64,000 bases of DNA. Source: an uncultured bacterium (GTDB lineage Bacteria; Verrucomicrobiota; Verrucomicrobiia; Limisphaerales; UBA8199). The translations under genes and the position numbers were made by a program. Positions 10,575 through 19,602 of this stretch are shown here, in pieces. Within the stretch, counting starts at the first letter, position 1; each line of letters begins with the position of its first letter. The notes beneath the pieces were generated by a model. The model saw nothing but the letters and a program-made list of their open reading frames with translations, had not been told where the DNA came from and searched no databases. The stretch covers positions 704,001 to 768,000 of the forward strand of contig CAVVMW010000001.1 in assembly GCA_963749495.1 (NCBI GenBank), written 5' to 3'.

Positions 10575-10937
10575 ATGATCGAAATAAGCGACCAAGAAGC
10601 ACTGGAATTTGCGACCTGGCTCCGGGAGCGGGGAAATCAATATCTGCAACGCGCAGAGCGCCTCGAACGCGGGCAGAGCAAGGCCGCAGTTAATGGAACG
10701 TACATTCACCAGCGGACGCTTCCACCATCAGAACCTCCGAGAATTGGCACCGTGACGCAGGAGCAGTTTGAGCAAAGCGTGACGCAAAAAAGTGGGCGCA
10801 TTTACGACCTTGCGCGTCGGCTTAATGTGGAGGAGTCCGTTATACGTGACTTTTTGGGTCAAGCCAATGCCAAGGTCGCGATTGGGGGGCGTGGCTGGAT
10901 CAAACCTAAAAACCAAATCGAGAAAGAGAAAGGGTAA
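10575..10937 (+). CDS. Passenger hypothetical protein, possible C-terminal HTH
   Basis: GRIYDLARRLNVEESVIRDFL. Upstream TTGACA(10539)-18-TAGCTT(10563). Confidence 0.55.
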   Translation: MIEISDQEALEFATWLRERGNQYLQRAERLERGQSKAAVNGTYIHQRTLPPSEPPRIGTVTQEQFEQSVTQKSGRIYDLARRLNVEESVIRDFLGQANAKVAIGGRGWIKPKNQIEKEKG

Positions 10938-11089
10938 TAAATAATTTGCCCCGGTCGTGTGTAAGCACGCCGGGGCGCAAAGACCTAGCTGACCGAAGCC
11001 GAGTTCTCCAACCGCGTGTCCAAAACGCGGAATGAATGCTGCGGGCCGGGTCCAAACCGACCGAGCAGGCAGTTAGGCACTAGTTTGGT

Positions 11090-11163
11090 GGGCGCGTAGT
11101 TTAACCGGACAAAACACCGGCGTTTACACCCGAGAGATGCGGGTCCGATCCCCGTCGCGTCCA
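11090..11163 (+). tRNA. Degenerate tRNA-Val(TAC)-like sequence
   Basis: Acceptor stem GGGCGCG/CGCGTCC-A, D stem GTTT/AAAC with GG in the loop, TTTACAC loop, T arm GCGGG-TCCGATC-CCCGT. The anticodon stem pairs poorly and the 3' end is TCA, not CCA. Confidence 0.65.
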
Positions 11164-11167
11164 TCAT

Positions 11168-11356
11168 TCACGTAATACAAATATCATGTTCTAAAACATA
11201 CTGCAAGCATTTTCTAACGTACTCGGAACGGCGGAGGCCAGACTTGGCGATTGCCGCGTCAATGGCCTTGCGTTCATCCTGGGTTAATCTGATTGATACG
11301 CCGGGCGTCCTGGCCCGTTCCTGGGGTGTCTTTGGTCTGCCGACTTTGCCTGCCAT
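11168..11356 (-). CDS. Ribbon-helix-helix DNA-binding protein
   Basis: GRPK basic arm, VSIRLT strand, then helix-GL-RSEYVR helix. Divergent from the transposase. Confidence 0.75.
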   Translation of the reverse strand: MAGKVGRPKTPQERARTPGVSIRLTQDERKAIDAAIAKSGLRRSEYVRKCLQYVLEHDICIT

Positions 11357-11367
11357 AAAATAATTGA

Positions 11368-11418
11368 TGTATTACAAAAATAATTGTTGACTCCAGTGTA
11401 TTGTTGTATTACAACAAT
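11368..11418 (+). promoter_or_regulatory. Transposase promoter with two TGTATTACA operator-like palindromes
   Basis: TTGACT(11387)-17-TACAAC(11410). Palindrome ATTGTTGTA-T-TACAACAAT at 11400-11418; second core at 11368-11376. Confidence 0.65.
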
Positions 11419-12046
11419 GTCAACAATGAGCAAGAAAAACAAACGCGCCACCCCAGAGGAGCGGAACACCGGCGCTGGCGACGTGTGGACGTTCATTGCC
11501 CTGGACCGTGAAACCAAGCTGGTGCCCTCGTTCGTTGTCGGCAAGCGGGAAGCCTATTACGCCAACATGTTCCTTGAGGATCTGGCGAGCCGTCTAACCA
11601 TGAGGCCGCAAATCTCGTCCGACGCCCTCGCGGCCTATGAGGAGGCCGTCGAGCGCGGGTTTGGCTCCGAAGTGGACTACGCCCAGATCGTAAAGTCGTT
11701 CACCGTCGTCAACCTCAATCAGGATGCAGCGGGTAGGTATTCCCCCGCTGAAATGTGCGCCGTGTCCAAAAGCCTCAAAGTCGGCAACCCGCAGATCGAC
11801 CGGATTTGCACGTCGCATGTCGAGAAACAGAACCACACGGTCAGGATGAACGTCCGGCGCCTTACCCGGCTGACAAACGCTTTCTCCAAGAAACTGGAGA
11901 ATTTCAAGGCCGCAATCGCCCTTCACTTCGCCTACTACAACCTGTGCAAGATTCACCTTGCCCTGCGGACAACTCCGGCACAGGCTGCGGGCGTGGAGCA
12001 GAGCATTTGGACCGTTGGCGACTTGATTGAAGCCTGTGGCGAATAA
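11417..12046 (+). CDS. IS1-family-like DDE transposase, N-terminally deleted
   Basis: DVWTFIALDRETKLVPSFVVGKR, ISSD and TSHVEKQNHTVRMNVRRLTRLTNAFSKK are present. The HTH and first DE(I/L)W motif are missing. Confidence 0.85.
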   Translation: MSTMSKKNKRATPEERNTGAGDVWTFIALDRETKLVPSFVVGKREAYYANMFLEDLASRLTMRPQISSDALAAYEEAVERGFGSEVDYAQIVKSFTVVNLNQDAAGRYSPAEMCAVSKSLKVGNPQIDRICTSHVEKQNHTVRMNVRRLTRLTNAFSKKLENFKAAIALHFAYYNLCKIHLALRTTPAQAAGVEQSIWTVGDLIEACGE

Positions 12047-12350
12047 ACGCGAATACCTGGACCGGCTGCAACTCGCGATTCAGCACCTGCACAAGTGCGG
12101 GGCCGTCTGGCGCCAAACCGTGCCTGTGCATGAAGTCTTTCGGGGCGAAACAGTTTGGCGGGGCCGGGTTGAAGTCTTCGACTTGACTGGACACCCCAAG
12201 GCGCAACGCTGCTTCGCCTGGAGCCACCCAGAGGGGCCGGGGAACCGGAACGAGAAGTTTATAGCGGTCCTGGCAATCCCGCCCGTCACAGGGCCACAAG
12301 AGGCAGTCAAGGCCGCGATTGTGGCGGAAAACAAGAGGGCGAAGAAATGA
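12027..12350 (+). CDS. Passenger hypothetical protein
   Basis: Overlaps the transposase end. Motif VWRGRVEVFDLTGHPKAQRCFAWSH. Confidence 0.7.
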   Translation: MKPVANKREYLDRLQLAIQHLHKCGAVWRQTVPVHEVFRGETVWRGRVEVFDLTGHPKAQRCFAWSHPEGPGNRNEKFIAVLAIPPVTGPQEAVKAAIVAENKRAKK

Positions 12351-12559
12351 GCAAACCCAAAGGCCGTCAGATATTGCCACTGTGTTTGCTGGTCCTTGTC
12401 GTTTGCGTGCAGATCAGTATGGCTTTCAAGAGGGGATGGGTTTCAGACTATGGGTTCATCAATGGAATGCTGATGACGTTCACAACACCAGGCTCGATTG
12501 TGTTCCTCCCCGCCCTCGGCATCTGGTATTGGGCTGCGGGGAGGAGTTGGCTGAAGTAG
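12347..12559 (+). CDS. Small two-TM passenger protein
   Basis: ATGA overlap with the upstream ORF; two hydrophobic segments. Confidence 0.5.
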   Translation: MSKPKGRQILPLCLLVLVVCVQISMAFKRGWVSDYGFINGMLMTFTTPGSIVFLPALGIWYWAAGRSWLK

Positions 12560-12598
12560 AACGGCGCCAGGCGAACAACGCATCGGGCCACCAGAGCA

Positions 12599-12627
12599 TT
12601 GACAATCCGCCCGCCGCGCCTTACAAT
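12599..12627 (+). promoter_or_regulatory. Outward-facing sigma70 promoter in the IS right end
   Basis: TTGACA(12599-12604)-17 bp-TACAAT(12622-12627). Confidence 0.75.
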
Positions 12628-12715
12628 GGCCCCATGGCCAACCTAGACCAAATTAGGACACTACCGGATGTTTTTCCTGTTTGACAACCTCGGCGCATGA
12701 ATACAAATTGTTTCA

Positions 12716-13024
12716 GTGCGCATCGTTTCCGAGGCGTTTCTGCTGGCGGCAGGGCGGCAACATCCCCCGGCGGCTCGCCATCTGGATGCCTGGCGCAAGT
12801 TCGTCAAAACGGCGTCGTGGCGCAACTTGGCGGACGTGCGCCGGACGTATCCCGACACGGATGCCTTGAAGGCCCGTAGCGGGCGGCAGGTGCTGGTGTT
12901 CAACATCCGCCGCAACGACTACCGGCTGATCGTGGCGGCGCATTTCAACCGTCAGATCTTTTACACGTTGCGCTTCATGACGCACGCGGAATACAGCAAA
13001 GAGCGCTGGAAAGACACTTTATGA
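12716..13024 (+). CDS. higB: HigB toxin
   Basis: WRNLADVRRTYP, VFNIRRNDYRLI, FMTHAEYSK. Confidence 0.9.
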   Translation: MRIVSEAFLLAAGRQHPPAARHLDAWRKFVKTASWRNLADVRRTYPDTDALKARSGRQVLVFNIRRNDYRLIVAAHFNRQIFYTLRFMTHAEYSKERWKDTL

Positions 13025-13443
13025 AAGCGACACAAGCGAATATCGAGCTTCCGGGACGGGCGAAGGACTACGCTGGGTTGTGCCGGATGCTCACGCCGCG
13101 CCCTATTCACGACAAAGCGGAGTTGCAGAACGTGACCGAAATCACTGATGCGATGGCGGGCCACGAGTTGACCCCTGACCAGGAGGACTATTTTGACCTG
13201 CTTTGCCGCTTGATTGAGGACTACGAAAAAGACCGGTTTGAGGCGCCCAAGGTGACTGCTTTGGAGGCTTTGGAGCACCTCTTGGACGCGCACGGGATGA
13301 GCACGGCGGACCTGGCGCGCCTGCTGCGCGTTCATCGGACGCTAGGCGCCATGATTCTGCGCGGGGAACGCAACCTGACGCTCAATCATGTTCGGACTCT
13401 GGCGCGGCACTTTGGCGTATCCGCAGACGTATTCCTGGCGTGA
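13021..13443 (+). CDS. higA: HigA antitoxin (C-terminal XRE HTH)
   Basis: PRPIHD, LIEDYE, HTH ending ILRGERNLT. ATGA coupling to higB. Confidence 0.9.
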   Translation: MKATQANIELPGRAKDYAGLCRMLTPRPIHDKAELQNVTEITDAMAGHELTPDQEDYFDLLCRLIEDYEKDRFEAPKVTALEALEHLLDAHGMSTADLARLLRVHRTLGAMILRGERNLTLNHVRTLARHFGVSADVFLA

Positions 13444-13649
13444 AGGCGCCCGCCTCGCATCGTGTTCGGGCGAAGGACCATCCCCGCGAAACGGATTCAG
13501 AGGAGTTGGCTCAAATGCTCCTGCCTGCCGTCCGTGGCAGGCATCGGCCGCTGACCGCTGAGCACTTTGGCCGGCTGCGCCTCCGCGCTCGGCGCAAACC
13601 GGCTCGCGCATGAGTCTGGTTATCGCGCAATCGGATTGGCCGCAGCCAA

Positions 13650-13675
13650 GGTTTCGAATCCCGTTGCCCGCTCCA
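13650..13675 (+). other. Isolated tRNA-Gly-like 3' fragment (att-site remnant)
   Basis: GGTTTCGAATCCCGTTGCCCGCTCCA corresponds to T-loop plus acceptor strand and CCA, with no 5' half. Confidence 0.6.
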
Positions 13676-13759
13676 ATGGAGGTGCGTCGACTTGATGTCG
13701 ACGGCTGGGAAATCGGTAGGGTTCTGACAGGGATATCGCCCGAGCAGCGTGTGGCTACC

Positions 13760-14164
13760 CTACGGCACGGTCCAGTCCACGACGAGCAGGTTCGGCACGC
13801 GGGAGAACTCACTCACGTTGTTCGTCACCACGGTGCCGCTAACTGCCCGCGCGGTTGCGGCGATCCACAGGTCGGCTTCGCTTATGGGCATGCCTTGCGC
13901 CTCCAGGTGAGTGCGAATCGCCACGTAATCCTCTACGACCTGTGCGTCGGGCCAGGCAACGCTGAACGGCACCAGAAACGCGGTGACGCGCGCCTTGCCT
14001 TGCTCGGCATGGGCGCTCTTTGCCGCGCCGACGAGCAATTCGGCGTGAACTTGAAGCGGCACGCGAACGTCCGCCGCCGGTACCGCGTGGAGCCGACGCA
14101 TCGCCAAGGGAGACCTGCCGCGCAGGCAGAACACCACGGTGTTTGTGTCCAGGAAATAGGTCAC
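13760..14164 (-). CDS. vapC: VapC PIN-domain toxin
   Basis: YFLDTN, AELLVGA, ADLWIAATA, VTNNVSEFSRV. Confidence 0.9.
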   Translation of the reverse strand: MTYFLDTNTVVFCLRGRSPLAMRRLHAVPAADVRVPLQVHAELLVGAAKSAHAEQGKARVTAFLVPFSVAWPDAQVVEDYVAIRTHLEAQGMPISEADLWIAATARAVSGTVVTNNVSEFSRVPNLLVVDWTVP

Positions 14165-14175
14165 TGTCGGGGCGC

Positions 14176-14451
14176 TCAGTCGCTGTTGAGCCGCTCAACC
14201 GGGCGAGGCGTGCTCCGCGGCGGAGCGGCGAATGTGGCGTCGTCCGCCAGCGAGCCGAAAAGTGTCAGCCACCCTGGCGGATAGCCGTTGGCGACGGCGC
14301 GGGCCTCCATCGTGGCGAGCGCCGCCGCGCGATCGGTCTCCGTGCGGACGCGATCCTTGAACCATTCGGAGACGGACTTGTGCTCGCGCCGCGCGAATTC
14401 CTCCACTTGGCGGGCGAGATCATCTTCAAGCTGAATCGTCAGCGTTGCCAT
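14176..14451 (-). CDS. RHH/CopG-like antitoxin
   Basis: MATLTIQLEDDLARQVEEFARREHKSVSEW; lies directly upstream of vapC. Confidence 0.75.
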   Translation of the reverse strand: MATLTIQLEDDLARQVEEFARREHKSVSEWFKDRVRTETDRAAALATMEARAVANGYPPGWLTLFGSLADDATFAAPPRSTPRPVERLNSD

Positions 14452-14496
14452 GGCTGAACCTTCGCTGAAGGCGCGGTGCCGTGCAAGCACAGAACG

Positions 14497-16859
14497 CTAA
14501 AGCGCCAGGTATTTGAGCACCTGGACCTCCTTCTTGAAGACCAGGCGGATGCGATTCTTGTCGAATTGGACATCGAGGGGGGCGCGCTGTTGGAAATGCT
14601 CCCACATCGGGCTGCCATTGCGCGGGTTGATCCGCCAGATGCGCATATAGGGCGGCGTCTCGAACCCGGTCTCGACCGAGGGTGGGCCGTCTTCATCGGG
14701 CTCCTCGGGCACATAGGACTGGACGGTATAGACGAACTGGCCGGAGACGTAGCTGATCAGGCCGCCGGGCTGCGCTCGCCAGAGCGGGGTGCCGGTGCGC
14801 GCATCGATCTTGAAAATAACGGCGCGCGCGTTTTGGGAGATATCGATCTGGCGGGAGTACCTGATCGCGTCGAGACTGGCCGTGCTCGTGTTGACGTAGA
14901 TGTTGTCCTGGTCGTCAAAAAAGACGCCGGCGGTGCCGACCGAGGGCAGGCTCCAGCGCCGGTTGCCGGTCGCCAGGTCGAAGGCGGCGAGCGTGGCCTG
15001 GTCAATGACGTAAAGCGCGCCATGGTGTTCGACGCACGGGCCCCGGCCATAGCGCCCGCGCTCGTTCTCGCCCTCGCCCCAGCCGGGATCGATGGCATAG
15101 CTGAGGGTGGCCTGCCAGAGTTGCTTGTTGGCCTTGTCGAGCACCACAACCGTTTTGTCGGCCGCCACCACGTTGACCGTTTCGAGGCAAAAGACCGACG
15201 GCGGGCCCGTGACCTCTCCGCTCCAGGCCTCTTTGCCATCGGGGGTCTGGAGCGTGACCGCGTAGCGGCTCTGGTCTTCCTGGACCACGTCGCCGCCGCG
15301 GGAGCGTTGCATGTCGTTGAGGATTTCGTTGGCGGCGTTGGCGGTGTTGCCGACGGTGAGCGCGCCGGTGAGAGCCGACTTGGCGGGGGCGGGTTTCATG
15401 GCGTTGCGCGTGACGATGCGGCGCTCGACCAGGCGCGTCGAGAACTGCAGGAAGCCGTCCCGGGTGGGGATGAGCGAGAGGGTCTGGGCGGGCGTAGGCG
15501 GGCTGTTGGGCGCCGGGCGGGCCTGGCGGTCGTTGGTGCTCATCTCGGCAAGGGCCTGTTCCTGGTTGCGGCTGCTGGCGAGCACCGCCGGGAGGGCTAT
15601 CTTGGCGGGCAAGCCCATGTGTTCGGCCTGCCGTGCGACCTTGGCCGGGTCCATCGGTTTGGCGAGGTCTCTCCCCGGCCTGCCCACGGGCATGCCCGCC
15701 AGGGCACCGGAGCGGCCAGGGGCGGCTACCGCGTTGGTAACCGGCGCCCCGCTGAGCGTTTCGGTGCGCGTGTTGCAGGTGGCCAAGTTGATGCGCGTGA
15801 CGCACGGCTCGCCGCTGTCGGCCTCCGCCATCAACAGCAATTGGTCGCCCGACGCGGCCATCGGGCCGGCCCCGGCCGGCAGCGCCACTTCCTTGTCCGG
15901 GTTGCCCGTCTCCCAGTCGTAGTGGACGAGTTTGCCAGGGAAGATGACCCAGATATTCTGGCCGCGGACACGGAGGTCGAGGCTTGCGTCGGCCGCTTTT
16001 TCCGCGCGCAGCCTGAGGCGGTCTGGTCCAGGCATCCGCGGGACGTTGTCCGGGTCGTTCTGGATGGCCCGTTCCCTGGCCTGCTCCAACTCCTTGGTTT
16101 GGGCGGCCACGATAGCGTTGAGGTCTTTGTCCTGGATCAACTGGCGGGACCAGACCTCTTTGTTGGCCTTGAGGTCTTGCCGGGCCAGGAGGCCGCCATG
16201 GAGGAAGACCAGTTGGTCGGGCCCGGCAAAGGCCGACTGGCCCGACCAGGCCGGCTGGCTGAACCGGACGGAAAAGACGACCTTGGGCCTGGAGCCCAAC
16301 CATTCGTACCAGGCCCAGAACCCCAGGCTGAGCGCGACGAGCAGCACAGTGACCGTCGCAATCCGGCCGGTCTTGCGCCAGAACCGGGCCTCGGCCGCCG
16401 ACTTGAGCCCGGCATAGGCGGGGACGTTGAGGCCCCTGGCCTCGGCCTTGGCTTTGCAGTGCGGCCCGCAAAAGTAGCCAAACAATTCCATGCACTTGGA
16501 ACAGATCGGCTTGGAGCAAATGGTGCACCTCTGGACGGCGAACTCGGAGGGGTGCCTGGGACAGCGTTGCGCCTGGGCCTCGGCGGGCTCGCCCTGCTCC
16601 GGGGGGACTGCCTGGGGAAGCGGGATTCGAGCGCCCGAGATGGGCGGCGCCACCGGCACAGCCGCCGCCTCGGAGGCCGCGCAGGCCCGGCCTCAGGGGC
16701 CTGGGCGCCGCCCTGGCCCAACTGCTGCCGCACCAGCGCGGTCACGAATTCCGACGAGTCAACCCCGCACGCCGGGCAGACGAACCGCACCGGCCCCTGG
16801 GCCATCTCCGGCGTGACCTCGAACTCATACTTCGCGCCGCATGAACATTGCAGCTTCAT
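14497..16859 (-). CDS. Membrane-anchored PQQ-like beta-propeller protein with N-terminal Zn ribbon and B-box-like domain; frameshift near 16680
   Basis: CSCG...CPACG ribbon, CPRH..CTIC..ICSKC..CGPHC, one TM helix, and W-containing propeller repeats (DLATGNRRW, DARTGTPLW). Confidence 0.7.
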
Positions 16860-16860
16860 A

Positions 16861-17511
16861 CTATGGATTGAGCAAGACGACGCCCTGGGTGAAGACCAGT
16901 CCGGCCGGGGCGCGGGGCGCACACCAATCCGCATGGCCGTCGCCAAAGAGCAGGTTGCCGCCGTGCTGGCGGTGGTTGTTGCCGGGGGCACGGCCCGTGC
17001 TCGAGAAGAGGGGCTGGCCCGCCGCCTTGGAGAGCGCGTCCACCTGCGCGTCGCTCATCAACACCTCCGAAGCGTCCGTTTCCCTGCGTCCCATATAGTA
17101 GGCATAGCTGATCTTGTGTCCCCGAAGCGATTCGCCTGCGGGCAAGGGCCTGTCCTTGCTGGCGGGGCAGACGAACACGGAGGTGTCGATCGTGTAACGC
17201 GGCACCAACCTATCCAGGGCATCCTCGGCCGCGCGGGCGCCTGGCACTGCCGGGAATCTCTCCGCCTGCTGGTCGCCATAGAGCTTGAGGGCCATGTAGA
17301 TGCCCTGGAGGTTCTGGCGGCAGGCCGCCCGCTGCCGCTGCTCGCGGCTTGGGCCAGCCGGGGCCCAATAGAGCACTGTCAGGACGAGGATCAACGCCAC
17401 GACGATCAGCAATTCCAGGAGCACCATGCCGCCCTGGAGACGCCCCCGGCAGAACCGGGGCCGTCCGGAATGGCCCGGCGCGCCCCCCGTGCTGTGTCGC
17501 CCCCGCTTCAT
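16861..17511 (-). CDS. Prepilin-type N-terminal / H-X9-DG domain protein
   Basis: G-MVLLELLIVVALI, CRQNL, NHRQHGGNLLFGDGH. Confidence 0.8.
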   Translation of the reverse strand: MKRGRHSTGGAPGHSGRPRFCRGRLQGGMVLLELLIVVALILVLTVLYWAPAGPSREQRQRAACRQNLQGIYMALKLYGDQQAERFPAVPGARAAEDALDRLVPRYTIDTSVFVCPASKDRPLPAGESLRGHKISYAYYMGRRETDASEVLMSDAQVDALSKAAGQPLFSSTGRAPGNNHRQHGGNLLFGDGHADWCAPRAPAGLVFTQGVVLLNP

Positions 17512-17612
17512 GCCCCTCTTATACCGCATCGGCCTGTTGGTGGCAATGAAGAAGTGACGATCCCGAGGTCCTTGAGCGCATCCCGATACCGCCCCCACTG
17601 GCTGAGGCGACA

Positions 17613-17726
17613 CCGGAGTGCGCCCGTCCTCGGGCGCAGCGACGTCCGCAGCCAGGGCAGCCGTCGGGTACTCCGGCGCGCCTGCCCGCTCCGTTGCTGC
17701 TGCGCCCGGGGACGGGCGCACTCCGG
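17613..17726. repeat. REP family C copy
   Basis: Same inverted ends as 7747-7860. Confidence 0.9.
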
Positions 17727-17806
17727 CCGCATTGCGAGACCACGCCCTCGGTCCTTGACAAGTCCCCGTGGCATCAAAGAGACTTCAGGAAGTCAGGGTT
17801 TTCAAT

Positions 17807-18511
17807 ATGAACTGGCTTCATGCGGCGGCGACCGCTCTGTATCGGAACCTGGCCACACGCCATCCACGGTGGTTGTGCCGGCTGAAGATGCTCAAGGCGC
17901 ACGCCCTGGAGCAGGACCGGAGGTTTTGGGAGCTTTACGGCGGCATGCTGCGGGAGGGGACGGTGGTCCAGCCGCTGGAGGATTTCTTCAATTTGTACCA
18001 ATTGGCCCTTAAGACGCAGAAGGTGCCGGGGGATGTGGCGGAAGTGGGCGTTTATCGCGGAGGCAGCGCCAAATTGTTCGCCCTGTTCAAAGGCAGCAAG
18101 GGGTTGCACCTGTTCGATACGTTCGAGGGCATGCCGACGACTTGCCCGGACATCGATCGACATCTGGCCGGCGAGTTCGCCGATACCTCGCTCGAATCGG
18201 TTCGGCGGTATCTGAGCGCCTTCAGCGGCGTCTTCTTCTACAAGGGCGTCTTCCCGGACTCAGCCCGCGAGTTGGCCTCTGGCTCGACCCGCTTCAGCCT
18301 GGTCCACCTGGACGTGGACATTTATGAGTCCACCAAGGCGGGCTTGGAGTTCTTCTACCCGCGGACCGTCCGGGGCGGAATGATTATCTCGCACGATTAC
18401 CGGAACCTGGCGTGTCCGGGCGTGAAAAAGGCCTTCGACGAGTTTTTCGCCGATAGACCTGAGCCGGTCATCGAACTGTGGAAGACGCAGTGCCTGGTCG
18501 TCAAGCAATAG
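17807..18511 (+). CDS. TylF/MycF/NovP-family O-methyltransferase
   Basis: GDVAEVGVYRGGS, LFDTFEGMP, HLDVDIYEST, GGMIISHDY. Confidence 0.9.
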   Translation: MNWLHAAATALYRNLATRHPRWLCRLKMLKAHALEQDRRFWELYGGMLREGTVVQPLEDFFNLYQLALKTQKVPGDVAEVGVYRGGSAKLFALFKGSKGLHLFDTFEGMPTTCPDIDRHLAGEFADTSLESVRRYLSAFSGVFFYKGVFPDSARELASGSTRFSLVHLDVDIYESTKAGLEFFYPRTVRGGMIISHDYRNLACPGVKKAFDEFFADRPEPVIELWKTQCLVVKQ

Positions 18512-18561
18512 GGCGGGGGCAGGTGCGTTTAAAACTGTCGGTCAGGCTCACGGCGCCTCTT

Positions 18562-18752
18562 TGCCCCGAAGGGGCTTCCGACAATAGCCCGGCGTTTCAA
18601 CGCCGGGTGAGCGGACCCAAGGAGCCGGTCCGTCCCGAAGGGAGGGCTGAAAGCAAGGAGTGTTTTCAGTCGTCCCTTCGGGACGAGGGTCCCTTTTGTG
18701 GCCTCCCCGGCGTTGAAACGCCGGGCTATTGTCAGATGTCCCTTCGGGACAA
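18562..18752. repeat. REPIN-like family D (GTCCCGAAGGGAC / CCCGGCGTTTCAACGCCGGG)
   Basis: Nested palindromes. Partial copies at 1178-1227, 39482-39600 and 40028-40072. Confidence 0.85.
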
Positions 18753-18885
18753 AACCCCCGAGGCGCATCCCGACGCTTTGAATAGCACCCAGCGGCAGCA
18801 TTTTTGGCTTCGCTCGGGGCGTGGGTGGGCTAAGGTATGGGGGCGCGGGCGAATGCCGCGGGCGGAATGAGCAGCAAGGCACTTT

Positions 18886-19386
18886 ATGAACCTGGATGAA
18901 GCACAACGCAGAAAAGTGGCGGAATGGATTAAGGCAGGACTGAAGCTGTCCGAGATTCAGAGTCGTTTGGCTTCCGAACTTGGCCTGCGGCTGACCTACA
19001 TGGAGGCGCGGCTGCTGGTGGATGACCTGAAGCTGGTGCCCAAGGATACCGAACCAGTCAAGGCTGCGGGGGGCATTCTGGGCGCGACCGGCGCCGGAGG
19101 CAGCGCCGACGCGCCTGCCGCACCGCCCGGGCGCGCGCAAAAGGCCGCCCCTGGCGGCGCCGCCAAGCCCGGCGGGGTTTCCATTGCCGTGGACCAGATC
19201 GCCCGCCCCGGCGCGGTGGTCAGCGGCAAGGTCACGTTCAGCGACGGCAACACCGCAGAGTGGTATTTCGACCAGGCGGGCCGGCTCGGCTTGGTGCCGG
19301 AGCAAGCCGGCTACCGCCCGCAGCCGGCAGACGTGCAGCAGTTCCAAATGGCCCTGGACGCCGAACTGAACAAGCTGGGGCTCTGA
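18886..19386 (+). CDS. Conserved hypothetical protein
   Basis: Two compact domains joined by an Ala/Pro/Gly linker; host-like codon usage. Confidence 0.75.
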   Translation: MNLDEAQRRKVAEWIKAGLKLSEIQSRLASELGLRLTYMEARLLVDDLKLVPKDTEPVKAAGGILGATGAGGSADAPAAPPGRAQKAAPGGAAKPGGVSIAVDQIARPGAVVSGKVTFSDGNTAEWYFDQAGRLGLVPEQAGYRPQPADVQQFQMALDAELNKLGL

Positions 19387-19388
19387 GT

Positions 19389-19602
19389 AAAGGCTAAAGG
19401 CTGAAGGCTAAAGGCTAAAGGCCGGAGGCTAAAGGCTAAAGGCTGAAGGCTAAAGGCTAAAGGCTGAAGGCCCGAAGGGGTAGGTGGAGCGTGTCCCTTT
19501 TTGTCGCTTTTGTCCCTTTTGTCGCTTGCCCTGTGCTCACACCGTCCAGGTTTGTCTTCCCGCCTTCGGGCCTTTAGCCTTTAGCCTTCAGCCTTTAGCC
19601 TT
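19389..19602. repeat. Inverted arrays of GGCT(A/G)AA heptamers enclosing GTC(C/G)CTTTT nonamers
   Basis: Array 19389-19470 is the reverse complement of 19570-19602. Related arrays at 52500-52514 and 52952-52990. Confidence 0.85.

Larger units (their letters stand above)
9544..12665. mobile_element. IS1-family-like transporter IS with passenger genes (3122 bp)
   Basis: Perfect 18-bp TIRs GGTAGTGTCCTAATTTGG (9544-9561) and CCAAATTAGGACACTACC (12648-12665). 8-bp TSD GGATGTTT at 9536-9543 and 12666-12673. Internal DDE transposase. Confidence 0.93.

Noticed and set aside
9544..12665. Prophage or RNA-guided (TnpB/IscB/IS110) element
   Set aside because: No structural genes and no RuvC, HNH or DEDD motifs; the TIRs and 8-bp TSD fit DDE transposition.
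14476..18012. 1178-aa plus-strand ORF, and similar long ORFs at 30332-33397, 41509-43071, 43047-45668 and 59228-61099
   Set aside because: Antisense shadows of recognisable genes in high-GC DNA; no motifs of their own.
19389..19602. Tandem repeats as a CRISPR array
   Set aside because: Units of 7-9 bp with no unique spacers and no cas genes in the window.
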